Shown here piece after piece: positions 23,546 through 36,244 of a DNA stretch of 64,000 nucleotides. The stretch comes from Macrostomum lignano (Eukaryota). The stretch's first letter is position 1. Each line of letters begins with the position of its first letter. The stretch is taken from contig NIVC01002881.1 in the NCBI GenBank assembly GCA_002269645.1, positions 62,001 to 126,000 on the forward strand, in the 5' to 3' direction. Made by a program: the position numbers and the translations under genes. A model generated the notes under the pieces. The model was not told where the DNA came from and made no database searches. It saw only the letters and a list, made by a program, of their open reading frames with translations.

Positions 23546-24544
23546 GAAATTATTTTGACATTGTAAACAAACCGGCTTGAACTACTCGTAAAAAAAGGGG
23601 CACAAAAACGCAGTCTTTGGCATTGCAGGGTGCATATTGTACTTATTTGCATAATGCGATCAATAATTGCCAGCTAATAACGCAGCACAGATTACACAGG
23701 TAAGAAATACAATTTGAGCCTTTCAAAAACTGTACAGAAACACACAATAAACACAAGCCATGGAATTTCACCAAGAAGCCTCTTGTTCAGCAATGTGTAC
23801 CAATGAAGATCAGCAATGTTTGAGCAGCAATTTGTAACAAAAAAGAAGATAGGACTACCTGGCTCATGTTAATATGATAATAATGCTAATAATAATAATA
23901 ATGGCAGCTGAAAAATCCTAAAAACTTGACTTTGACCGGGAGCAGCTCACGAGTATTTATTCGTTTAGAAAAAAAGATAAACAGAAAAATTCAAACTACT
24001 TTACTGTAAGTAGCAAAATTTGCGCACGCAAACCGGAATAGTGAATTTCAGTTAACAAATAATTTGTAAAAATGTTGATTAACAGACGACAGGCCGAGAG
24101 CCGGTGAGCAAGCGGATTACATGATAAATTGTTTTGGCGATTGTGGCAAATTTACATATTGTATAAAATAGTTCAGCAGTTCTTGTGGCAGCAGAAAAGG
24201 CAACAGTTCCAATTCAAGACTTAAGGCAATAAAAATGAAAATAAATATTAAAAAGCTTAAAATTTACAGCCGTAACAATATTAGCTAATGAGACGCTCAT
24301 TAATGTACACTTTTCGACGGATAAATGGGATCAGGATCTTTGAGTTTGGGATCTACGGAATTGAAATCTTCCCAAAATCTGTCAATGGAAATCCTTAATC
24401 CTTAATTGGTAAGTCCAAATAAAAGGTTCCTTGTCCTAAAATTGGAACATAAAGTATAATAAAAGGCTAATTCTGAAATCTAAAAATTGTTGATTCTAAA
24501 ATCCCAGAATTGTTAAAATCATATAAAATAAGTTTCCAAATCCA

Positions 24545-24897
24545 ATGATCCCAAATCATAAGATCCTTAATCCCTAGATCCCAAATCCTAAATCCCAAGA
24601 TCCCAAATCCCTAGATCCAAAATCCCAAGATCCCAATTCCCAAGATCCCAAATTCCAAGATCCCAAATCCCAAGATCCAAACTTCCAAGATCCCAAATCC
24701 CAAGATCTCAAATCCCAAGATCTCAAATCCCAAGATCTCAAATCCCAAGATCCCAAATCCCAAGATCCCAAATCCCAAGATCCCAAATCCCAAGATCCCA
24801 AATCCCTAGATCCAAAATCCCAAGATCCCAAATCCCAAGATCCCAAATCCCAAGATCCAAAATCCCAAGATCCCAAATCCCAAGATCCAAAATCCAT
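24545..24897. repeat. 15-bp repeat CCCAAGATCCCAAAT (just 3' of the FLYWCH stop)
   Basis: Tandem copies. Confidence 0.95.
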
Positions 24898-24921
24898 ATC
24901 AACCCGAATCTAGCAGCTTTA

Positions 24922-27900
24922 TCAGGCCAAGTCCTGGGCCAGTTTGTTGACCCGCTCCAAGCCTTCCAAATAGTTGAGCAGCCTTCCTAACCTCTCCTGC
25001 TCACTGCTGGCACCGCCACCAGCCTTGAAGCCAAACGCTGAGCCGGTCAGCTGTGCCGAACTGTTAGCCACCGACTGGCGTAATATGGCCTCTGAAACCG
25101 CCACAATACCCGACCGGAAGTAGTTCTCTAATCTGCGCAGCTGCCTTCTCAACTGGCTGTTGTCGATCTGGCTCAGAGCCTCTTTCAGCGGCGAGCTGCT
25201 GTGACTGCCGACTGCGGCAAGGGAGAACAGATTAGCAGCAGCAGCTGATGAAGACTGATGAGGGAACTGTTGAGAACTGAGAGACAGATGCTGCTGCTGC
25301 TGCTGAGGCGGCGGGTTGAAGATCGGATTGTAGGGCGGCGGCGGCGGCGGAGGCTGCTGCGACTGCTGCTGACTGTTGAAGCCATTCAACGCCATGGCTA
25401 GGAGTGCCTTCTGGGTCTGACTGTCCAGTCCTTGCAGATGCTGATGCTGCTGATGGAGCAGCACCTGCTGCTGGTGCTGGTGACTGCTGGAGCCGCTGGA
25501 GGCAGCGGATGGCGTGGACTTCAAGCCTCTCAGCAGAGGCGCGACTGACGCTGTAGAGACCGAGTTCGAAGAGCAGCCCGTCGAATAGCTGTTGCCATGG
25601 AAACCAGCGGCTGTTGCTAGGGCCTTGAATTGGTGGACGGGGTTGGGATTCTTTAATATTACTAAATAGTAGTATTTTATTAATTCAGATCCCAAATGAA
25701 AATTGGGATTTTCAGATACAAAGAAAAAAGAGGATTTTCACTGATCCCAAATAAAAATGAGGATTTTCACTGATCCCAAATAAAAATGAGGATTTACAGA
25801 TCCCAAATAAAAATGAGGATTTTCACTGATCCCAAATAAAAATGAGGATTTTCACTGATCCCAAATAAAAATGAGGATTTTCACTGATCCCAAATAAAAA
25901 TGAGGATTTTCATTGATCCCAAATAAAATTGAGGATTTTCAGATCCCAAATAAAAATGAGGATTTTCAGATCCCAAATAAAAATGAGGATTTTCAGATCC
26001 CAAATAAAAATGAGGATTTTCACTGATCCCAAATAAAAATGAGGATTTTCACTGATCCCAAATAAAAATGAGGATTTTCAGATCCCAAATAAAAATGAGG
26101 ATTTTCACTGATCCCAAATAAAATTGAGGATTTTCAGATCCCAAATAAAAATGAGGATTTTCACTGATCCCAAATAAAATTGAGGATTTTCAGATCCCAA
26201 ATAAAAATGAGGATTTTCACTGATCCCAAATAAAAATGAGGATTTTCAGATCCCAAATAAAAATGAGGATTTTCAGATCCCAAATAAAAATGAGGATTTT
26301 CACTGATCCCAAATAAAATTGAGGATTTTCAGATCCCAAATAAAAATGAGGATTTTCACTGATCCCAAATAAAAATGAGGATTTTCAGATCCCAAATAAA
26401 AATGAGGATTTTCAGATCCCAAATAAAAATTGGGATTTTCATTGATCCCAAATAAAATTGAGGATTTTCAGATCCCAAATTAAAATGAGGATTTCCAGAT
26501 CCCAAATTAAAATGAGGATTTCCAGATCCCAAATTACAATGAGGATTTCCAGATCCCAAATTAAAGATGAGGAATAAAAATGGGGGGAGTTTCAGATTCC
26601 TATAAAATGAGGATTTCAAGAAGTCGCCTCTCACCTGCAGGCCGCCGCCGCCCTGCGCAGTCTCCAGTCCGGCTACGCCACTCAGCGAGTCCGTCAGCCT
26701 CTGCTGGATGCTCGCCAAGTCCTCCAGCGACTCGTGTCGAACTCGCTTGGCCTGAGGGGCGTCAACTGACTCAGCCGATGAGCCGAGCAGCAGGGAGGAG
26801 TCCCGGTACTGCAGGCCGGGACCGCCTCCGCTCAGAGCGGTCGAGTCAGCATCCAGCAGGCAGTCGTCAGCGACTTGAAGGCCGCCAGCCTCTTCAACAG
26901 CTGACGCGCCGTCGGCATTCCGACACAGCTGCTGCTGCTGCTGTTCTCCTCGACGTCGTTCTCGACGCCGGCGCAGAAGGGCACTTCGCTTTATCGACAA
27001 GTTCTTCTTGCTGTTGCTGCCGCCGCCTTCCAGATCCTCCGAGGCTGGATGCGAATCTTCAACTACACTGGCAGCTGCCGCTGGGTTGTCATCGACGTCC
27101 AGGGAGCCGGTGACTGACAGACGAGTGACGGGCCACTTGATGGTCACCTGAGCATAGAAAGTTGCCGGGTTTTATTGCGGCGCTTTGCAGATTTCAGATC
27201 CCAAGATCCCGAACCCCTAAGATCCCAAATCCTTAAGATTCTGAATGCCAAATATTCCAAATCCTCAAAGATCCCAAATCGCGAATCCCAAAATTCCAAG
27301 TCTCTGACCCAATCCCAAATCCCTAAAGATCCCAAAACCCCAAAGATCCTAAATCCCTAAAGATTCCAGATCCCAAAGATCTAAAATCCCTAAAGATCCC
27401 AAATCCCTAAAGATCCCAAATCCCCAAAGATCCCAAATCTCTAAAGATCCCAAAACCCCAAATATTCTAAATCCCTAAAATCCCTAAAGATCCCAAAACC
27501 CCAAAGATCCCAAATCCCTAAAATCCCAAATCCCTAAAGATCCTAAATCCCCAAGGATCCCAAATCTCTAAAGATCCTAAATCCCCAAGGATCCCAAATC
27601 CCCAAAGATAACAAGCCCAAAATCTTAAGATTCCTGTCTTTCAAACCATCTTGCGCCCTCACCTGGGTAGGAGTCCCAGGATTAGCGAAATCCCCGCGGA
27701 AGAACTCCTCCTTGCCAGTAGGCGGATGATTGTGGAACCTCCTGGCGTCAACCTGGCGCACGGAGACCAGCCTCTGCGCCAGGCTGATGGCCGTGGCTGG
27801 GCAGAACCGCTTGCTGCAGCGCCAGAACACCCTGCCGTCCTTGCCAGCCCGGCTCTCCGTCATCTTGTAGCCGTCAATCACTATGCTGGCCTTGTTTTTC

Positions 27901-28942
27901 CTGGTGATGTCCCACTTCACGTTCACCAAGCCTCTGGTCTCCATGCAGGAGCGCTCCACTTCCACACTGGCCACGCTGTGAGAGGATGAGCAGCTGGCGG
28001 CCGACTGGGGTTCATCCTGCGGCTGTGGCGTCGATGAGATGGGGGTGAGATTCTTGCGGGTCTGAGTGAGATTCTTTCGGATCTGGGGTGAGATTCTTGC
28101 GGATCTGAGTGAGATTCTTTCGGATCTGAGTGAGATTCTTTCGGATCTGGGGTGAGATTCTTGCGGATCTGGGGTGAGATTCTTGCTGATCTGGGGTGAG
28201 ATTTTTGTGTGGATCTGGAGTGAGATTCTTTTGGATCTGGGGTGAGATTCTTGCGGATCTGGGGTGAAATTCTTGTGTGGATCTGGGGTGAGATTCTTTT
28301 GAATCTGGGGTGAGATTCTTTTGGATCTGGGGTGAGATTCTTGCGGATTTAGGGTGAAATTTTATTTACAAGAGAAAATATAATTTACAGTTGCAATTCA
28401 TATAATCGAATATTACTACTGCAGTGCGACGTTAAGTAGCACAGTTGGGGTATTATTTGTGACAGTCTATTTTTGTTTACAATTTGTTGGACTTTCAAAC
28501 TGAAGGTGTTCAAAGAGGGAAGTTCGACATTTAAATAGTAAAAAATTACAGTTAAAAATGAGTTATAATGTTTATTTCTTACAAATTTTCCAAGAAGTTC
28601 CGATTGCGACATAGGCATCGAATCGCCGGGAGCAGAAGACTGCTGCACGGGAGGAGGCGGAGTTCGAAATGAGCAGTGCTCAGGCTCGGGCACCGAACAG
28701 GGACTAGCGGTGGACTTCTCGGCCTCGTCAGCGAACTCAACTTCGTGTTCGTGAACTTCGTGCTCAATTTCGACATCCTCGTGCTGGTGGTCTTCTTCTT
28801 CGGCTTCCACTGTTGCAGAAGTTGCAGTCTTCTGCTTCTGCAAAGCAACCTCGTTAGTTTCTTGTTTGACATCTTTGGAATGGCTGCTTTCATTGTCGGA
28901 ACAATTATTATAATTAGTGGTGTCTTCTTCAGCAGTTGACAT
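24922..28942 (-). CDS. FLYWCH-type zinc-finger protein. Exons 28942-28583, 28016-27663, 27147-26635 and about 25623-24922; about 640 aa
   Basis: Motif IVIDGYKM...GRVFWRCSKRFCPATA...HNH, plus acidic and Gln/Pro-rich low-complexity regions. Donors GTAAGA, GTGAGG and GTGAGA, all phase 0 with matching acceptors. The last acceptor is uncertain (25623 or about 25650). Confidence 0.85.
25725..26575. repeat. 27/29-bp repeat GATCCCAAATAAAAATGAGGATTTTCA(CT) (FLYWCH intron 3)
   Basis: Tandem copies. Confidence 0.95.
27190..27630. repeat. GATCCCAAATCCCTAAA-type degenerate repeat (FLYWCH intron 2)
   Basis: Tandem copies. Confidence 0.9.
28040..28352. repeat. 22-bp repeat GATCTGGGGTGAGATTCTTGCG (FLYWCH intron 1)
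   Basis: Tandem copies. Confidence 0.9.
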
Positions 28943-30519
28943 TTTGCTTATCTCTAATATCGAATCAATAAGAGAAAATCGAGGGTCTAAAAAGATAGAT
29001 CTAAATAATTGGCCTTTGCATGAAAAATGCTGCGAAATTGACGGATTAGCAATAATTGAGATTATAAACTGCTACCGCTGACTCAAGCAAGTCAAGTGAC
29101 AAGACCAGTGCAAGGCGCAGGGCTGTGTGGCGCGTGGAGTCGCAGACAAGGCAATGCGGACGAGATGACGAGATAAAGCGCACGATTGTCGATTTCTTGT
29201 CGCGTGCTGCTTGCTTGCCTGGTTTTTATATCTAGAAAGGCACAGACAAAGATAAAGGCACTGGCTGCTGGCCTGGCTTGCAGCTAAAAAATCTTAAGAG
29301 CTTGTGAATGAACGCTTAGAGGACGCTAGGACCCCTTGCGTTGGAGCAAAATACGGGGGTTGAGGTAAACGGGTTTGGTCTTGGAGGGGGGTAATCCTTG
29401 TTGAAGGCGCAACGGTTGTAAAGATATGAGCCGTTTTATACGTTTGATACGACAAGCCAACCCCCATCTAGGGCAAGACAAGGGAGAGAGGTTGGGCGCG
29501 GAACCAAGAGGCCTTGGAAGGGAGAGAGGGAGAAAGGCGGACGAGGGGAGAGAGAGCAGAGGCCCTGCCCAAATGATAAGGCGACCAACCCCCCTCCGCC
29601 TATTTTGGTTGATTCAACCTCAATGGCTATTGGGCCATTGAGACGGGCCACCGGGACCCCGCCGCGGAATTCCGACACCCCCCCCGCCGCCGCCCTCTCG
29701 ATAAACACGACCAACCCCCCCCCCCCCACTTCCCTCAAATCCGGCGCCGCCAATAACTCCGATGCAATAAAATCTAACTAAACCAACGCACTAAGGGGTG
29801 GAGCCCTTGGGGTTGTTGTACGCGGAGGGGTAGGCGATGTCAATTTGAGCGAATTGAATGAATGAATGAGTGTGTTATGACTGACTGTGTGTGCAGCAGT
29901 TCTTGAAGACATCTGCTGAGTGGGGGGGGGGGGCACACTGTCTGCCAGTGCTTTGTCCAGGGTCGTGTGGGGGCAAAGAGAAGCACACGCCGCATAAGCC
30001 GTACCGGTTTTTACAATTTAGTTGTTACACTAAGGTATGGGTGGAAGTTTTTAGACCACCAAACCAAATCGGAACAAAGACCCTATAGGGGTGCCCGCCA
30101 GTCAGTCAGCCCCCTCCGTCTCTAATAAACGCGGAATGCACCCCGACCGAGACGAGAACTAACAGGGCAACAACCCATCTCCAGTCCAAGACCCCCGAAG
30201 TTCCCCAAGCCGAAATTAATGTCTTATCTGCCTTTCGCGTCAATTGGAGCCTGAGATTATTGCACAAAAGGGGGGGGTTAAGTAAACACGAAGGTCCACG
30301 GAAGCGGAAAGCAAAGCGAAAGAGATCAAAGCAACAAAGAAGCAACGCAGGCACTCGATAGCCCCTCCCCCCCCTATACTCAAGACACTCTAGACCCATA
30401 CCCACGCGCTCGCCCCACCCGATGGTAACCTTTTTAAACAAATTACAGCTTTAATATCGCATAATAATTTTTTTTCCGCCGAGACCCATACTAAAAAAGA
30501 TTATCACGCTAGAGAATCT

Positions 30520-30990
30520 TACCATGAAAGTCTCACCGTGAGAATCTCACCTTGTGAATCTCAACTTGAGAATCTCAGAAACTCACCTTGAGACAAGAGT
30601 CTCAGAATCTTACCTTGAGAATCTCATAATCTAACCTTGAGAATCTCATAATCTCATCTTGAGAATCTCAGAATGTCACCTTGAGAGTCTCATAATCTCA
30701 CCTTGAGAATCTCATAATCTCATCTTGAGAATCTCAGAATGTCACCTTGAGAGTCTTAGAATCTCACCTTGAGAATCTCAGAAACTCACCTTGAGAGTCT
30801 TAGAATCTCACCTTGAGAATCTCATAATCTCACTTTGAGAATCTCATAATCTCTCCTTGAGAATCTCATAATCTCACCTTGAGAATCTCATAATCTCTCC
30901 TTGAGAATCTCCGAATCTCACCTTGAGAATCTCTGAATATCTCCTTGAGAATCTCCGAATCTCACCTTGAGAATCTCTGAATATCTCCTT
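30520..30990. repeat. 22-bp repeat GAGAATCTCATAATCTCACCTT
   Basis: Tandem copies. Confidence 0.9.
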
Positions 30991-31340
30991 GACGATCCCC
31001 GCATTTTGCGCTTTATTGTGTAACTGAGCTAATTGGTGCAATGTGTCATATAATTTACTATCCTTGGCCAATAATAATAATAATAATAACAAAAATAATA
31101 GCAATACCTAATAGTGAAACTTCAATTGCATCTGTATTTTGTCTCGCACTAAACGTTCGTATAAATAACACATTCTCAACCGTCTTAATGTTGACAAACA
31201 GACAGGCAGACAGAAAGACAGAAAAGCTAAATGTTAAAAAGATATAAATATTCACCAGTTTTATCTGAACACTGCAGTGTCCGGCCAGACTTGCACTCGA
31301 AGTTCCGCTGCAGTTGCAGGGCTGATGTTGGCTTGCTTAC

Positions 31341-31604
31341 CTGGTTACCTGCATCTCGTAAATGAATGTATCTTTCATTCTGTTTTGTAATTAATGTTAG
31401 CCTTCGAAGTTGCAAAAGTTCTCTGCCTACTGCACCCCTGGATTCTTCAAACAGCGCAGCAAGCGCGTCTCTCGCTTCCTGCTTCCACCATGGGCCTCTC
31501 GTTATTTTGTTGTTGCGTCTCCAAAGTGCATGTGAGACATTTTTGAAAATGGATTCATTTATACGCATGAGTATGCCAATGTCTATATCTGTGCCATTAT
31601 TACG
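31341..31604 (-). other. Possible orphan exon (88 codons, phase 0-0) of an extracellular-type protein
   Basis: TTTCAG| acceptor, an open frame with three N-glycosylation sequons (NGT, NES, NVS), and CAG|GTAAGC donor. No recognised homology. Confidence 0.3.
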
Positions 31605-31624
31605 CTGAAATTCTCCCAGCTTCT

Positions 31625-33215
31625 CTACCTCTCTGTCTGTCTCTGTCTCTCTCTGTCTCTCTCTCTATCCACTCTCTCCCTGCCTCTCACCTCCCCTCCC
31701 TCCCTGCCTCTCACCCTCCACTCTCTCCCTGCCTCTCACCCTCCACTCTCTCCCTGCCTCGCACCCTCCCCTCACTCCCTGCCTCTCACCCTCCACTCCC
31801 TCCCTGCCTCTCACCCTACCCTCCCTCCCTGCCTCTCACCCTCCACTCCCTCCCTGCCTCTCACCCTACCCTCTTTCCCTGCCTCTCACCCTCCACTCCC
31901 TCCCTGCCTCTCACCCTACCCTCTCTCCCTGCCTCTCACCCTCCACTCTCTCCCTGCCTCGCACCCTCCCCTCACTCCCTGCCTCTAACCATCCACTCCC
32001 TCCCTGCCTCTCACCCTCCACTCCCTCCTTGCCTCTCACCCTCCCCTCTCTCCCTGCCTCTCACCCTCCACTCTCTCCCTGCCTCGCACCCTACCCTCTC
32101 TCCCTGCCTCGCACCCTACCCTCTCTCCCTGCCTCTCACCCTCCACTCTCTCCCTGCCTCTCACCCTCCACTCTCTACCTGCCTCGCACCCTCCCTTCAC
32201 TCCCTGCCTCTCACCCTCCACTCTCTCCCTGCCTCGCACCCTCCCCTCACTCCCTGCCTCTCACCCTCCACTCCCTCCCTGCCTCTCACCCTCCACTCCC
32301 TCCCTGCCTCTCACCCTACCCTCTCTCCCTGCCTCTCACCCTCCACTCCCTCCCTGCCTCTCACCCTACCCTCTCTCCCTGCCTCTCACCCTCCACTCTC
32401 TCCCTGCCTCGCACCCTCCCCTCACTCCCTGCCTCTAACCATCCACTCCCTCCCTGCCTCTAACCATCCACTCCCTCCCTGCCTCTCACCCTCCACTCCC
32501 TCCCTGCCTCTCACCCTCCCCTCTCTCCCTGCCTCTCACCCTCCCCTCACTCCCTGCCTCTCACCCTACCCTCCCTCCCTGCCTCTCACCCTACCCTCCC
32601 TCCCTGCCTCTCACCCTCCACTCCCTCCCTGCCTCTCACCCTACCCTCTCTCCCTGCCTCTCACCCTCCACTCCCTCCCTGCCTCTCACCCTACCCTCTC
32701 TCCCTGCCTCTCACCCTCCACTCTCTCCCTGCCTCGCACCCTCCCCTCACTCCCTGCCTCTAACCATCCACTCCCTCCCTGCCTCTCACCCTCCACTCCC
32801 TCCCTGCCTCTCACCCTCCCCTCTCTCCCTGCCTCTCACCCTCCACTCTCTCCCTGCCTCTCACCCTCCCCTCTCTCCCTGCCTCTCACCCTCCACTCTC
32901 TCCCTGCCTCTCACCCTCCACTCTCTCCCTGCCTCTCACCCTCCCCTCTCTCCCTGCCTCTAACCATCCACTCCCTCCCTGCCTCTCACCCTACCCTCTC
33001 TCCCTGCCTCTCACCCTCCACTCCCTCCCTGCCTCTCACCCTCCCCTCTCTCCCTGCCTCTAACCATCCACTCCCTCCCTGCCTCTCACCCTACCCTCTC
33101 TCCCTGCCTCTCACGCTCCACTCTCTCCCTGCCTCTCACGCTCCACTCCCTCCCTGTCTCTCACCCTCCCCTCTCTCCCTGCCTCGCACCTTACCCTCTC
33201 TCCCTGCATCTCAAC
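31625..33215. repeat. 24-bp repeat CTCCCTGCCTCTCACCCTCCACTC
   Basis: Tandem copies. Confidence 0.95.
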
Positions 33216-33644
33216 CTTCTCTTTAATCCTAAAGAGGCAAAACGGTGTCAGCTGCCGCAGACACTGAAGCCAAGCAATTATTAAACCATTTTTTGCCAAC
33301 TGAATCAAATATTAAAAGCCTCTTACAGATGGTATAGTTTCTATAAACAACTGACTCCCATCTGGGAACCCGACCAAACAAAAAGGCATTAAGTGTTTGT
33401 TAATCAAAGGCTTTGATGTTATCTTGATCGCCAAATTACTGGGTCAATAAAATACTTGTCAACTTTGAGTTCAACTCTGACGGAGTATAATTTATGACCA
33501 TATGAATCGAAGTCAATTCATAACTCTAAGGTTCTATTTATAGAGAAATCCTTGAACTAAGATTTATGCAGTTTACCTGTATGCTTTTATGAATAGAAAA
33601 ATTAATAAAATTGTAAATGGAGGGACTGGATAAAAATACAGGGA

Positions 33645-33920
33645 TAGTCGAGAGGGATAGAGGGATAGAAGGATAGAAGGATAGAGTGATTGTGGAATAG
33701 AGGGATAGAGGGATAGAGGGATAGAGTGATAGAGGAATAGAGGGATAGAGTGATAGAGGGATAGAGGAATAGAGGGATAGAGGGATAGAGGGATAGAGGG
33801 ATAGAGGGATAGAGGGATAGAGTGATAGAGGGATAGAGGGATAGAGGGATAGAGGGATAGAGGGATAGAGGGATAGAGTGATAGAGGGATAGAGGGATAG
33901 AGGGATAGAGGGATAGAGAA
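33645..33920. repeat. (GGGATAGA)n 8-bp repeat
   Basis: Tandem copies. Confidence 0.95.
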
Positions 33921-34734
33921 GGATAAAGGAATTGGGATATAATAGACGGACATAGCGACACAGGACCGGGCAGACATTAGTCACAGGACAGAACACCATT
34001 AAGCGGTTGAGTCGTGCACACACTGCACTCCTATAGCCATTTGGCACTCGTCCAACACCCTGCTCGCACTTAAACACCGAGTTAGTATATAAATGACTCA
34101 AAATGAGTAATCATTTGGTGCTTACAGTTCGTGCATAGGCCAGCCTCACTACCCAATGACGAATCTCAGGCCCAGACCTTCTCTCTTCTCCGGCCTTGGC
34201 AACAGGCCGAGTTAAAAAAGGCAGCTAAAAGAAGAACTCAAGTGTATGTTCTGGCGTATTTTTTCTCTCACGTGACTCGACTCGTGGGTGAAAAAAAAAC
34301 TGGAGCAAAGATTATATTAGAAGCAAGTCGATATCAATACAGGGGTTTACCTTACTTACTGCCCCTGCCAAGGCTTATAAGATTTTTTATGATGGACAGG
34401 TTGCAGCCTGTCTGTGAGACCATTCAGTTCTTGAAGTGACATCTCGTCTGCAGACAGAGGTTGAGGGTTTATACAATACCTACAGTTACCTGAACTAAGC
34501 TGAGACAGAGGAAGATGAGGCAGAGATTATGCTTACGAGTATTAATTTATTGCTGATTCACACTCTGAAATGTCGCATTATAAAAGACGCACTGCTGCAG
34601 TGCAGTACAGAGATTGAAGTGAATGCAATCGTTTGAGGTAATAATCCTGTGTTCCAGGCACGCAAAATCTAGGGTAGGTATTGTAATTTAGAGAGGAAAA
34701 AAGGTGGAATAGAGAAAGAGATACGAGAGGGGAT

Positions 34735-35782
34735 GGTGGAGACTGGAGAGGAAAGGAGAGAGGAAAGGAGAGGAGAGGAGAGGAAAGAGGAGAGAGGGGA
34801 TGAGAGAGAGGAGAGGAGAGGGGAGAGGAGAGGAGAGAGGGGAGGAGAGAGGAGAGAGGGGAGGAGAGAGGAGAGAGGCGAGGAGAGAGGAGAGAGGAGA
34901 GGAGACACGGGAGAAGAGAGGAGAGGAGACACGGGAGAAGAGAGGAGAGAGGGGAGAGGAGAGGAGAGAGGAGTGTGAGATACTCTAATCTAGTGTGAGA
35001 TCTAGTTTGAGACAGGGTGAGATCTAGGGAGATAGGGTGAAATCTAGTGTGAGACAAACTACATGTAATAAATGAAAAATTAGCCGCATATTATGGAGAG
35101 AGAGAGAGGAGAGGAGAGGGGAGAGCAGTGAGGAGAGAGGAGACGAGAGGGGAGAGCAGTGAGGAGAGAGGAGACGAGAGAGGAGAGCAGTGAGGAGAGA
35201 GGAGACGAGAGAGGAGAGCAGTGAGGAGAGAGGAGAGAAGAGACGAGAAAGGAGAGCAGTGAGGAGAGAGGAGACGAGAGAGGAGAGCAGTGAGGAGAGA
35301 GGAGACGAGAGGGGAGAGCAGTGAGGAGAGAGGAGACGAGAGGGGAGAGCAGTGAGGAGAGAGGAGACGAGAGAGGAGAGCAGTGAGGAGAGAGGAGACG
35401 AGAGAGGAGAGCAGTGAGGAGAGAGGAGAGAAGAGACGAGAAAGGAGAGCAGTGAGGAGAGAGGAGACGAGAGAGGAGAGCAGTGAGGAGAGAGGAGACG
35501 AGAGGGGAGAGCAGTGAGGAGAGAGGAGACGAGAGGGGAGAGCAGTGAGGAGAGAGGAGACGAGAGAGGAGAGCAGTGAGGAGAGAGGAGACGAGAGAGG
35601 AGAGCAGTGAGGAGAGAGGAGACGAGAAAGGAGAGCAGTGAGGAGAGAGGAGACGAGAGAGGAGAGCAGTGAGGAGAGAGGAGACGAGAGAGGAGAGCAG
35701 TGAGGAGAGAGGAGACGAGAGAGGAGAGCAGTGAGGAGAGAGGAGACGAGAAAGGAGAGCAGAGACGAGAGAGGAGAGAGAG
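34735..35782. repeat. AG-rich tract (34735-34975) and 29-bp repeat GAGCAGTGAGGAGAGAGGAGACGAGAGAG (35095-35782)
   Basis: Tandem copies. Confidence 0.9.
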
Positions 35783-36244
35783 CGGCAGCTTTGCCAGCCC
35801 GCACAGGCAGCAGCGACAGAAGAGACAGAACTAAGAGGAAATTCAGCCGAAGCGCAGGGGCGAACGCAGACTGCAATCAACAGGCCACTAAACTGCGCAG
35901 TTAAGCGGTGGTTCCAATCCAACCACCGCAAGGATCCTGGCATATCACTTAAGAAGCCAGGACCCCGGGACACGACGCATGCGCTATCACCCTTAATTTT
36001 AGCTTGACTTGACTGCGGGACAGGACAGGGATCCATTTCTCGACCAAGCCCTGGGGGGAGCCCCTTGGGTTCCTTGTTCTCCACGCTATTTTAAGTGCCA
36101 GTGCGAGTGCACCAAACCAAACCAAGCAACCACTAACCACTGAGATTCCAATTCTGTACGGCGCAGCATACTTACACTTGTATCGTAATAAAATTCGTTA
36201 TTTACAGCAGCGCCAAAATAAAACAGCAGCCATTGAGCCATCCG

